Shown here piece after piece: positions 51,301 through 61,800 of a DNA stretch of 64,000 nucleotides. This stretch comes from Eledone cirrhosa (Eukaryota). The stretch spans positions 3,658,001-3,722,000 of the forward strand of contig OZ024748.1 in assembly GCA_964016885.1 (NCBI GenBank), written 5' to 3'. Numbering within the stretch: the stretch's first letter is position 1; the number at the start of each line of letters is the position of its first letter. The position numbers and the translations under genes are program-made. The notes beneath the pieces were generated by a model. It worked only from the letters and a program-made list of their open reading frames with translations. It did not search any database and was not told the origin of the DNA.

Positions 51301-54167
51301 TAAGGAATGCTTAGGACGGAAAGTAGCTGAGGAAGACAAGATTTTAGAAGTTCATATAGACAAAGGCATGAAAGATAACCAGAAAATCTGGTTTAGAGAA
51401 GAAGGAGATCAACTAGTAAGTAATTTAACCCTTTTTATACCAGTCTGGCCCCAAATCTGCTTCTATCAAGCCTAACCATCCATACTGTTGGGAATGTTTG
51501 CAGTTTTAAATACTTAAATCTCTAACCCTTTTTAATATCAATTGAGCCAAAAGCTGTCTCTGATGTTATGAAACAGAACTACAACTGCCCATTTAAAAGG
51601 TTTCCTAATTAAATCAAAATCTTTCAATATCATTTTAGATAAGAACCATATATTAAATTACTATGTAATGAAATAATAATTTTAATACATCCCTCAACAT
51701 TTTTGATCAATTAATTGAAATAGTGTATTTCATTAGAAATAAAATCACGAAAAGGTTAAAATTGTTGAAAACTGTATTTGGGTACATTTTTGAGAGATAA
51801 TTATCATTTTCTTTTTTACATTTCAGCCCGGCATGGATCCAGGAGATGTCATAATTATTTTGAACATAAATGATCATAAACAATTTACTAGTGATGGAGA
51901 AAACCTTTTGTACAAACATACTTTGAAATTAACAGAGGCCCTTTGTGGTTTTCAGTTTGTATTGACTCACCTTGATAAGCGAGAATTAGTTATTAAGAGT
52001 AATCCAGGAGAAGTTATTCAACCAGGTTGGTATTTGTTATCAATCGTTTAACTGGAGTAATTAAATATTGTAAATTAGCTGTTATCTAATATATGAGGTG
52101 GAGAATTGGCAGTTGTTAGAGCAGCAGATTAAATACCTCGGTGTTGCCATGGTCAACTTTTCCTTTTGTCCTTTTGGGGGCTGATACAGTATCAATCAAT
52201 TGGCAGAATCATTAAAGAGTTAGATGGGATACTTTGATGTATCTTTTCTGGTTTTGTGTGTTCTGAGTTCCACTAGCACCTCCAGTCTCCAGGAAAGCAG
52301 TGATACTTCTGCCAGGAGTTACAACTGGTGGATAGTATGAGCAATGGAAAGACCAATATAAACATTATTTCTCTGGCATCTTTGTTTTTTCTTTTCCTAT
52401 GATATGATAGTTTTATAGGTGATGGTTTGACATTGCAAGTATATGGTTCTGGGTTCAGTAGCACCTTTGACAAGTCTTTTTACCGTAAGCTTTGGTTGTG
52501 TGGAATTTGGTAGACAGTAACTGCGGAAGCGCGCGCGCGCGCGCACACACACACACACGCACACGCACACCACCATCATCATCATCATCATCATTAACGA
52601 CCATCTTCCACGCTAGCATGGGTTAGACGAGAGTTGTCCCACTTGAGGCAAGGTAGGTCGGGTGACCGTGTCTTGCTCATATAGGACTATCTGGCAGGTT
52701 GTCTACGGCTGGATGCCCTTCCTAACACCAACCACATTTACATATATATATATAATATTTGTAAATCAAACTTTAGCTGCTGTACAGCAAGTACTATGCG
52801 TGGAGCACTCAATGGATCGAAAGTTAAAAACAAACATTAAGTCCAAAGTTAAACACGTGCGGGTATCCTGATTTTTAGAATAAGAACATTGGATCCCTAT
52901 GTGGCATAAAAGGCAAGGGTTGGCATGGAATGATATGATAAAAGGCAAAGTTGACCTTGGAAGGATTTGAACCCAGAGCAGCACACATGACCAGAACAAA
53001 TACCAAGATATTCAGCACCCTGTTGCCTCTGCCACTCATCATCATCATCATGCAGCTGATATTTTATTCTGATATAAATTTTTTTTCTTTCTTAATTGCA
53101 GGAACTACGAAGGTTGTGAAAGGGGAAGGAATGCCAATTTTTAGAAATCCCTTTGAAAAAGGAGATTTGTATATTACATTTGATATAGAATTTCCTCCAA
53201 AATATTTTCTGGATCCTACGAGGCTGGTTGTAAGTCATCTTTTTTTATTTTTTATATATATAATACTTTAAGGGTGTCTGTTTCAAGGACATTTTTCTCT
53301 ATACAAAATGTACTTTAAACCCTTTTGACTACCTAACCGTCTGTTCCCCCCAATCCTGCTCCAGTTCTATAATACAAGGCTGTTTTACAGTGTTTATATT
53401 TATCTACCCCCCCCCCCCCCCCCCCATTAAAATTTCATTTAAGAATCTTCAGTTATGCTTAAAAAACCAGCTTAATAATGAAAGTTTTACATTACAAAAT
53501 CCCTCCAATTTTTTTATTATTGTCCAAATTATTTGAAAATCACCAGGTAGAATATGGTAAGGGTTAAAACATTAACTGACATGAAAATTCAGCTTTTTTT
53601 TTTTTTTTACCCCCGCTTTTTTGTTTCAACTTATTCATTCATGGATATGGATTTTGATATCTTGAAAACTTATTTAACACTTTAGTATTTACATTATAAT
53701 TACTATTGTATTATGGTAAACATTTTATTTCACATAATATTGAATATATGAGGTTTTGATATTATCTATTTTGAGAACAATACCTTAACATAAGTATGAG
53801 TAGCCGGTTTGAACAGAAAGGGATGAGAGAATTCTGGCCGGAGATGGCTTAAATGCTAAAAAGTTATTTTGAGAAGATTAAATGCTAAAGTGTTGAATCA
53901 GTTTTAGTTTTGTAAAATATTGTCATGCTAACGATATTAATGTTATTAACTTGTAATTATTTTTTTTTCTAATTTCTGAAGGAATTAGCAAACCTGTTGC
54001 CAAGTCAACCCAAAGAAGATATCCCTATGGATAGTGAGAATGTTGAGGAAGTTTCTTTAGTAGAGTATGATGAAACCATGAGAAGTTCTCACAGAAATGA
54101 AGCTTATGATGATGATGATGATGGTGGTCGTGGTGGCCCTGGACCCATGCAGTGTACTCCTCAATAA
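27782..54167 (+). CDS. DNAJA2: Class A DnaJ/Hsp40 co-chaperone, DNAJA2-like; 10 coding exons, 1215 nt, 404 aa
   Basis: Manually joined exons 27782-27850, 42964-43023, 44942-45044, 46045-46153, 47560-47640, 50781-50917, 51273-51415, 51827-52025, 53102-53229, 53982-54167. All junctions are GT-AG and phase-consistent. The protein has a J-domain with HPD ([18 protein letters not shown]), a G/F region, four CxxCxG zinc motifs, a CTD ([18 protein letters not shown]) and a C-terminal CaaX (CTPQ). Confidence 0.95.
29062..31836. repeat. ~2.8-kb compound (TA)n/TG microsatellite array
   Basis: Continuous TA/TG dinucleotide mosaic up to the gap. Confidence 0.98.
31837..32036. other. Assembly gap (200 N)
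   Basis: Run of n. Confidence 1.
32037..32840 (-). mobile_element. CR1-group LINE, 5'-truncated RT/C-terminal fragment
   Basis: Open frame KIFADDSKL...LQSDL..WA..N.M..N..K...RDLGV.VD...RPHLEYC..LWSP...[10 protein letters not shown]; the 3' end runs into the N gap. Confidence 0.92.
32842..35571. repeat. ~2.7-kb compound (TA)n/TG microsatellite array
   Basis: Continuous TA/TG mosaic. Confidence 0.98.
38027..38559. repeat. ~148-bp near-perfect inverted repeat (arms 38027-38175 and 38413-38559)
   Basis: Arms are reverse complements apart from a few mismatches/indels. Confidence 0.92.
38569..38715. repeat. 72-bp-arm palindrome with a 3-nt loop; same family as 45528-45679 and ~10130-10245
   Basis: ...ATATATTTCAAG ggt CTTGAAATATAT... 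Confidence 0.92.
42115..42353. repeat. Five perfect 47-bp tandem repeats
   Basis: TTATAAAGCCAGGTACTACTGCTGGTGTCTATATATAAATATAGTCT at 42121, 42168, 42215, 42262 and 42309 (last copy 2 nt short). Confidence 0.97.
42350..42612. mobile_element. Tigger/pogo-like non-autonomous DNA element remnant
   Basis: Degenerate CAGTNGTCCCTCG-like left end, GGGGTACACT-TA right end, internal CGCGAA/GCGAATA motifs. Confidence 0.45.
42964..43023 (+). CDS. DNAJA2: DNAJA2-like exon 2 ([20 protein letters not shown])
   Basis: ttcag| acceptor, HPD motif, |gtaagt donor. Confidence 0.95.
43137..43340. mobile_element. piggyBac-type MITE (orientation A), DNAJA intron 2
   Basis: TTAA flanks; shared body. Confidence 0.88.
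43574..43788. mobile_element. piggyBac-type MITE (orientation B), DNAJA intron 2
   Basis: TTAA flanks; inverted relative to the 43137-43340 copy. Confidence 0.88.
44942..45044 (+). CDS. DNAJA2: DNAJA2-like exon 3 ([34 protein letters not shown])
   Basis: J-domain helices III-IV; atcag| and G|gtatt splice sites. Confidence 0.93.
46045..46153 (+). CDS. DNAJA2: DNAJA2-like exon 4 (G/F-rich linker, RRKGED)
   Basis: Reads [37 protein letters not shown]; phases 1/2 fit the neighbouring exons. Confidence 0.9.
46458..46637. mobile_element. piggyBac-type MITE (orientation B), DNAJA intron 4
   Basis: TTAA flanks; shared body. Confidence 0.88.
47560..47640 (+). CDS. DNAJA2: DNAJA2-like exon 5 ([27 protein letters not shown])
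   Basis: LEDLYNGK motif, first CxxCxG, |gtaagt donor. Confidence 0.95.
47700..50254 (-). mobile_element. piggyBac DNA transposon, full-length but decayed, in DNAJA intron 5
   Basis: TTAA at 47696-47699 and 50255-50258. The termini CCCTTTAGCATTC and GAACACTAAAGGG form an imperfect inverted pair. There are subterminal direct repeats (GGGCGCTTTCGGGC x2) and an internal transposase. Confidence 0.93.
48370..50067 (-). pseudogene. piggyBac (PGBD4-like) transposase pseudogene
   Basis: Three consecutive ORFs carry DPLYKVRP, (L)[50 protein letters not shown] and a C-terminal Cys-rich domain. Frameshifts lie near 49330 and 49080, and there is an in-frame stop at 48403-48405. Confidence 0.92.
50781..50917 (+). 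CDS. DNAJA2: DNAJA2-like exon 6 (zinc motifs 2 and 3)
   Basis: Reads CRGCHG...[22 protein letters not shown]. Confidence 0.95.
50948..51146. mobile_element. piggyBac-type MITE (orientation A), DNAJA intron 6
   Basis: TTAA flanks; starts 30 nt after the exon 6 donor. Confidence 0.88.
51273..51415 (+). CDS. DNAJA2: DNAJA2-like exon 7
   Basis: Reads [13 protein letters not shown]...[26 protein letters not shown]; |gtaagt donor. Confidence 0.95.
51827..52025 (+). CDS. DNAJA2: DNAJA2-like exon 8
   Basis: Reads [12 protein letters not shown]...[33 protein letters not shown]. Confidence 0.95.
52570..52740 (-). mobile_element. SINE/LINE 3' tail with (GAT)n end; related pieces ~41830-41882, 59640-59800, 63010-63100
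   Basis: AGGAAGGGCATCCAGCC motif and CCCATGCTAGC..GAAGAT..GTTAA(TGA)n tail. Confidence 0.6.
53102..53229 (+). CDS. DNAJA2: DNAJA2-like exon 9
   Basis: Reads [30 protein letters not shown]; |gtaagt donor. Confidence 0.95.
53678..53892. mobile_element. piggyBac-type MITE (orientation A), DNAJA intron 9
   Basis: Shared body; right end degenerate and partly duplicated. Confidence 0.8.
53982..54167 (+). CDS. DNAJA2: DNAJA2-like exon 10 (terminal, CaaX)
   Basis: Reads [10 protein letters not shown]...EEVSL...[25 protein letters not shown]. Confidence 0.93.
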   Translation, partial: ELANLLPSQPKEDIPMDSENVEEVSLVEYDETMRSSHRNEAYDDDDDGGRGGPGPMQCTPQ

Positions 54168-54963
54168 TGTATGTGTTATGCTATGATATGTACTGTATTT
54201 CTTTCTTGTTTTTTCTTGTTTTTTTTTTTTTTTTTTCTAACTCTAACTACAAATCATTGTAAATTCATATCTGAACTTACTTGGTTATACGAATCACTTA
54301 ACTCTCATTTCCTAAAACCTCAAGGAAAAAAAACAACAATCCCCTCCCCCCAAAAAAGAATGAAACAAAACAAAATAAAACAATATATTGTTTTTTTTAA
54401 AATATATCTTAAATAAAAGTTATAATAGTATTAAATGCTGATTGACCTTTTTCTTCCCTAAATCTTTGTATTTCTTTTTCCATTTTTAAAGAAAACATTT
54501 ATGTAAATTCCAATATTTGATAATTTTCAAATTGTTGAGTTAAACTGTGTGAATTTATTAACTGTTAGGCTTTAGAAACTGTAGCGGCAGTGTGAATTGC
54601 TAGTGGAGTTGTGGGGCAGCCCTAGTGGTTAAGGTGTCTCACAACCTTTACCAGTGGAGTTGTGTGGCAGCCCTAGTGGTTAGTGTCTCACAACTCCACT
54701 CAGTTGTGGAAAAAAAAAAAGAAAAAAAAAACAGTACCAGCACCCATAGTAATTATGGTGGAGTGTCCCATCCATGAGGGAGACTGCTACTCTGTCCTAA
54801 TAAGCCAAGCCACAGACTTAACAGTTGCCAACAAAACTATATACAACAACAACAGCAGAAGGGAAACATTCTTGTCATAGATTTTCAGTAAAATTAAAGA
54901 AACCATACAAAATAATGAATGTAGACATGTATATATTTTACATTAACACTTGAAGATGTCTTC

Positions 54964-55404
54964 AATTCGGTTTTCATGCCAACCCTTACCTATGATCATG
55001 AATCTTGAGTAATAACTGAAAGAATACGATCACGAATACAAGTGGCCGGAATGGGGTCTCTGAAGGGTCTTTGGTGTAATGTTAGTCGATAAAGTGCATA
55101 GCTCGGAGATCAGGGAGTCACTCCAGGTAGAGCCACTACTTCTCCAAATTGAGAGATCACTGCCCTAATACTATGGGCAGGTGGTTAGAATGTCTCAGGA
55201 AAGAACCGTTGAACAGATTGGGCGAAACCAACTGGCAGGAGACCCCGAGCAAGATGGTTGTATAACATCCATGAGCTTGGTTGGTCACGCTTGGGGATCC
55301 AGCCAGATTAGTTGGAGAAAGTTGCTTCTGACAGGACCCGTTGGAGGGTCTGTTTGAGGACTCTGCCCTCACAACCTTCTCAGGAATAAGTGGGCAGAGA
55401 AAAG
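54964..55404 (+). mobile_element. RTE-clade LINE 3' fragment with a 19-bp target-site duplication
   Basis: AACACTTGAAGATGTCTTC at 54945-54963 and 55405-55423; encodes PTLTY..ES, SSEIRESLQVEPLLLQIERS, VVRMSQER. Confidence 0.85.
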
Positions 55405-55943
55405 AACACTTGAAGATGTCTTCCCCCTCCCCTACATATGTATAGTGTTACTGTGAATTAGACACAGCTGTATATTAGATATATTGATCTAGCTGATATC
55501 CTTATTCCATAACAGCAAGTTCTACTCAACAAATTTGTCCTTACACTTCCCATAAGCAACATTTAACAATGTCCATTGCCCATTTATGAAAGTACTGGAC
55601 AAAATACTTTAGTATTTCTTACAGCTTCCAGTGCCCTGAGTTCAAATTCCTATTGTGGTTAAATATATACCAGTCCAGAGGTAATGGACTTCTGCAGCAC
55701 TTTGAAAAATCAGATAGGATGCTTTACAATATTTAATCTGGTTCTATTCATTTTAAGTTGAAATTCTGCTAAAGTTGTACCTGGACGATAGTATCAGTAG
55801 TGAAAGACCAACGGAAAAATAGTTTCCTTAGTCTGATCTAAAAATCAGCTCCATTCCTTTACATTGCATCACTTACTTAGTCTTGTTTTAGGGGATTATT
55901 ATTTTCTAACTTACAGAAACTAAGTTATATGAAAGATGTTTAA

Positions 55944-56142
55944 CCCTTTAGCATTTACATTACTCTATATATACTATTATATTTTCGTGGTAAAGGCTTT
56001 CTCACATAATATCGAATCTGAGATTTTTATATTATTTATTTTGAGAATACCTTAAAATAAGTATGAGTGGTCGGTTACAGCTGGTTTGAACAGAAAGGTG
56101 ATAGAATTCTGGCCGGATATGGCCGGTTTAAATGCTAAAGAG
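55944..56142. mobile_element. piggyBac-type MITE (orientation A)
   Basis: TTAA flanks; CCCTTTAGCATTT terminus. Confidence 0.88.
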
Positions 56143-57237
56143 TTAATTTGACTGAAATTTGTTTCAAGTTACACCTAAAATACATTTGCAGTATTGCATG
56201 AAAAAGCAAGACACCACATCACACTACGAAGCAAATCTAAATTTCTTTTAATAAATCTTGCTAGTTATAGCAGTAGCTTTCTTCTGCAGTCTACATAAAA
56301 AATAAATTCTGCACCAGTTAAATATTATATAACATGTTCTCATTACCAAACTATTCTACATACACTAGTCTAAATAACAATAATATAATGGAGGTATTTA
56401 TTTAGTAGTCTAGTTTCCACTTTGTGACATAGATTTCATTCATTGACTACAACTGGGACCACTTAACCATGACAACTATGCCTTTTGTTTTGTTTTTTAA
56501 ATTATACTTCAGATTTCACTTGGGAACTGAACAATGTTAATGAAACTTGTTAAACTAGTTTAGATATTTAGAATTCCTCATGTTTTAACTTAAAAAGAAA
56601 ACAAAAAAAAACACTATATTTACACTTCTATTTCTTCCAATAAAATATTCTTTGTCTTACATTGAGTTGTATAAGTCATTAAGACAGCTGTTGAGAGGTA
56701 ATTATTTTTCTCTTGTAAATGAGTTATTTAACTGCTTAACAATTTTTGCTTTAAAAAAAAAATTGTCGAATGTTTTTGGTATTTTTCTAGTAAAACTGAT
56801 TTTACATACCATAATCATTTGTAGATTAAGCATCTATATTAGAGAAAATAGTGACACATTTTATAATCTATCGTTATTAAAATACATCTTGGGATACTGG
56901 TGGCAGTTTGATTTTCTCGTTTTGATTGATTTGTGAGTATTGAAAAAAAAGAAAAGTGGGTATATTTTTCATTGTTATATTTTAGGGGTTTTTTTTTAAA
57001 TTTTATTTTTTTCTTACAATTTTTCTGAACGAAAAGACCAATTTGCGTAAGATATCAAGTTGAATCATGGATTCATCTTTGCTTTTACACAAAAACTGTT
57101 CCTGTTGTATATAAACTTTTGTACAGATATGTAACATAGGTGCACCTTTTTGTTAATCACATTCTTGCAAGAAAATAACCACTGAGAAGAAAGTGTTTGT
57201 TCTTGCTTGTATAACAAATGTTGCTCTTCTCAGTTGA

Positions 57238-57280
57238 AATAAACCCAAATTCTGTTGCAATCTCTTAGTGTTTGTTTTCA
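57238..57280 (+). terminator. Candidate distal polyadenylation site for DNAJA (proximal AATAAA at 54374 and 54412)
   Basis: AATAAA at 57238-57243 with GT-rich GTGTTTGTTTT ~25 nt downstream, after a T-rich UTR-like tract. Confidence 0.35.
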
Positions 57281-58625
57281 TCAATTTCATCTATTCTTCC
57301 TTCAGTTGTTCTAAAGTGAGTCAAGTCACGCATTGGTTACAGTGTTGGACTGGCAATCATAAGGTTGACATATGTCCTTGAAGACTATTTTACATTGCTT
57401 CAGTTCACTCAGCTGGAAAAAAGTTGCAACAACACGAGTAGTGCCCAGCTGTATTAGCCTATAGTATGGAAAGAGAAGACCGGCATGTTTGATCAACTGC
57501 TGATCTTCCACGGTACAAACCCATGGTCAATCATATCTGAAGTGTCACTTTTCTTTCTTCAGTCAAAACCTCAAACTATATTATATAATTTGAGTTAATG
57601 TCAACATCACTTTGACTGACAGATTAGATATCTATGTCTTGTTCATACCCTTCCTAAATCCAACCAACCATTTAAGTGTACTGAGTGCATTTTATTGTGG
57701 CACCAACATTATCACTTTACAGAGTGTACTGGTTGTATGTTAGTTACAGTGGGCAGGGTACATCTTAAGATAGCACTAAAGCAGTCAAGTCCTCAGCAAC
57801 TCCATGCAATTGATCTCCCTACATTTTCTAAAAGTAAATGTGTGGGGAGATTATTTTATTTCGCCCAACATGGCTGAGTGGATGTTAGTTTGTGACACAG
57901 AGCTGGCAAGGGTGATTATGTTGAGCTAAATATTTTACAGTAGCAATGCTGGTTCCAAACGAAACCTTTTGAACAAGACCTTTAATCATTGAAGCCTCAG
58001 TTTATGACAATATGTCCAGCCCATGCCAACATTGGAAATGGATGTAAAATGATTTTTACTTCAAGATGTGTGAGCATCGGATTAAATGCCTTGTAGGATT
58101 TGTTCTGGCTCTGCACCCTGGGGTCAACATCTTGAAGGGAGGGGATAAAAACCAAACATGATACCTTGCAGTATCTTTTTATGAACCCTTTGCACACTAA
58201 CACTGGTGCCAAGCTGTATCAGGCATTACTGATGGCATGGTCATTTACACTTGTGCCTTGAAGGAGAAGTTTCCAGAAAAAGATCCACGATCTTAGACAG
58301 ATAAAAGTCAAACATTATATATCTATACACACAAACATATGCATGTGAAAAGTAAATGGAAAACTACACTTGATATAGTATGAAGAGTTTTAATGTTTCA
58401 GTTGTTAGTCTTTCATTAGAAAATAAATGAAAGTGAAAAGAGGAAGAAAATTGAGAGAAAGCAGTTTTTAACCCAACATGTATAGTAAAACCCTGATCTT
58501 TCATTAGGTTTTAATTTAATAGTTTATTATTAGTTTCCAACTTATGGACCAGGGATACACTGGAGATCCACGACTTACTTGGCAGAGTCTGTCTTGAGTG
58601 GACACACCTTTCAAAAGACTCATAA

Positions 58626-58695
58626 CCCTTTAGTATTTATATTTTCACATAATATTGAAGGTGAGAGAATCCTGGCCAGTTTAAATGCTAAAGGG
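58626..58695. mobile_element. Internally deleted 70-bp copy of the piggyBac-type MITE, in the presumed FCSK 3'UTR
   Basis: Both termini are kept (CCCTTTAGTATTT ... AAATGCTAAAGGG) with a patchwork of body segments. Confidence 0.75.
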
Positions 58696-58774
58696 TTATT
58701 TGGTAGTTGATAATAATTCAAACCAGAAAAATATAAAGTTCAAATTTTCTAAATGTCCAGAGTTAAAAGTAAAT

Positions 58775-58840
58775 TTATCTGATAACTGTCATCCCATCTG
58801 TGTCAATAGAAGCACTGTATAGCTCAGCACTCTCCAGGCC
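58775..58840 (-). CDS. FCSK: FCSK terminal exon (GLESAELYSASIDTDGMTVIR*)
   Basis: ttctag| acceptor in phase 0; IDxxG C-terminal GHMP strand; TAA stop. Confidence 0.85.
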   Translation of the reverse strand, partial: GLESAELYSASIDTDGMTVIR

Positions 58841-61800
58841 CTAGAAAGCATAAAATATACACAAATTGGTTAACTGTTCTGTTACATTATTTTGAAGTGT
58901 TTATATTTATCCATTATAATTTCCTGTTAAAAGGTGGAGGGAGAGAAAAAGAAAGATTGACAAGATCCCAGACCTCGTTTGCTGAGTGGGTAGGACCAAG
59001 GAAACAATGTTTCCTTTGGTCTTTCAATTGCTGATATTATCTACCGGTTGCAACAGCTGACAGTGTCTTGCTGAAGAACATAATCTATCACCCGATCCGA
59101 GGATTGCGAATCCAGCTCTTTAATCACTAAGCCATGTGCCTTCACAAGATATAATTAGATGCAGGCAAATAAATACTTCAATCCTTTTGATACCAAAACA
59201 CCTGGAATCATTCCCGATACAAAACACCTTCCATCATTAAAAGAAAATAAATTTTTACAGGAACAAATGTAAGATTAGAATTCAGGACCTTACAATTGGA
59301 AAGCAAACTTCTATTGTAGCAACACGAACGATATAGTAATGAGAAGGTTAAAAAATATATACCTTAATTGACGAAATTATAGTTTGAAGTTGGCTTTTGA
59401 TGCTTGTATCCTTAAGAAGAGCATAGAAAAAGCCACCTCCACCTGCTCCACCCAAACACATTCCATAGGTATAAGGTCGTAGTTTATCCATCAACATCTT
59501 AATTGCAGCTGGTTCACAACCTGGAGCCATGTTTTTCTTTAATGTCCAATATTTGTCAATACACTGACCAACAGATTCCAAATCACCTTGAAAGAATTTT
59601 ATAGAATTGTTATTCTCTAATTAATATTATTTTTTAAATTCTTAGTGCCATGATAAATAGCACCGAGTCCACTCAGTAAGGTGGTATGCTGGTGCCATGA
59701 AGAAAACCACCCAGTTCACCCTGTAAGGTGGTAGTACTGGTGTCATGACAAATGCTCCCAGTCCATGCAGTGAAGTGGTTGGCATCCAACCCTAGAAAAC
59801 TGGTCAATGAAGAAACTTATTAAAGAGGTCTCACAAAGCTAACCCCTGCTTTAAAATTCTGGTTGTCATGGGTTTAGCAATATTTCAACTAATGAACCTC
59901 AACATAGTATTATGCTTCTTTACTTAACTACCACGTCTCTTCCCTGCTAACATGGGTTGGACAGGTCTTCACAGACTAAGTCAGTGCTCAAGCAAAGCTA
60001 CTGACTTAGTAGATGGGCCAGTAGATGGGCCAGGAGGCCTACATCTCATCATTCTCATTTACATACGTTCCCTCGCTCTACCGAGTGTATTTTATTGTGG
60101 CACCAGCATGTTATATATTTTCAAGAAATAAAATACCTTGTGCAAAATATGAAGCGCAGTTATAAGCAAGTTGTTTTAGTTGGTTTATAGTGGAAACAAT
60201 ACCAGATTTCCGAGCATACCAGTCACGGATAACATTCTGAAAATATAATATATACCATTATAATAGAGAAACAGCTGTCTGGCATTCTCACCAGCTACTG
60301 CGATGGTTGTAACTTTATCACATCTTAAAATATTCATAGTGAGACTCTCATATGTTTATTGTACACAAACATATACATGCTTTCATATATATATATATGG
60401 TCAAAGTCAAGACCACCTGATAATGTAATAAATTTTTTGACCAGCTGCCAATGCCTGTGTCCACTGTTTCCATAAAGTGTAGTCAGCTATGGTCACCATT
60501 GGTCCCTGTCTGTGGTGAGGTCAACATCTCACATAAATGTGTTGGACATCTGTCAGTCCTGACAATGAGTATTCCAGTTGATTTGATCAATGGAATGGCC
60601 TGCTTGTGAAATTAATGTGCAAGTGACCGAGCATCCTTAGGGAGATTCAGCATGGCACTGTGTGTAATAAAACTGACCCTTTGAATTACAGGTACTGTCC
60701 ATCTGAGAGGCTTCCAAACAGTTTCCGTCTAGTCAATTTCACACACCAGAAGCTATGGAAACTGATACTTAGCCAATTTCACTCACACTGACCAGAAGCT
60801 ATGGACCTAGATGACATGTAGTGGGATCGAACCCAGGACCTAAGGATTGCCAAGCAAACTTCTTAACCATTCATCTTGTAAAGAATTTTTGGGGACAAGG
60901 AAGAGAGAAGTAGTCAATAGAATTAGAACCTGAAGTAAATTCCTGGCTAGTCTTGTTTTTCCAGAGTAAATAAGAACCAGTCTTGAATTGAATGATTCAA
61001 TGATATCTGGAGTGACATTGATATGTTTGCAATCAATAAATAATGGTATTTTATCCATGGAACTTCCCAGAGTTACACCACCTAATAAACCTCCAACTTG
61101 ATCTTGCCAACCTCCACCAGTTGTCATCAGCTGTTCTAGATAAAGGACCTAGAGAAAGAAACAGAAAATAATAAAGCTCTTTTGAATATTAACAAGGCTA
61201 AATTTTATAATGGAGCGAGGATGAACTGAATTTCACCTCAGTATATTACTAGTACTCACTTTAGTGATCTCACAGATACAAGGGAAAATATATATATGTA
61301 ATAAGGCTAAACAATGTAAAATGGATGTTAAGATGACTGTAGGTGCAATGGAGATGAAAGTGATAAGTAAAAATGTAGAAACTTATGGGTCCTACATGGT
61401 TAACCCTTGTTTTGACCTTAGCAAAAAATGTAATATCCTCACCGAGTGTAGTAAACTTTTAGCATCAATAGATTTTCCTGCAGCAGTTACAATAGCAGTA
61501 ATAACAGCTCCAGCTAGGATACTACTTGTACCAAGACCTATGGTGGAAACAACAAAAAGTAAGTCTCTCATCTTAGAAGTTATCACTACAATCATTTTAT
61601 AAATGGAGATGAATCTTTGGTAATTATTGAAAGAATATAATTGTAAATACACTTAAATGAAGCACTCAATAACCCAGTCTAATAAAATCATTAAAAAAAA
61701 AAAAAAAAAGGCAAGCTCGCTATCTTTAATTCGGTATTCGTACCAACCCTTACCTATGGTAATGAATCTTGAGTAATAACCCAAAGAATACAAGTGGCCG

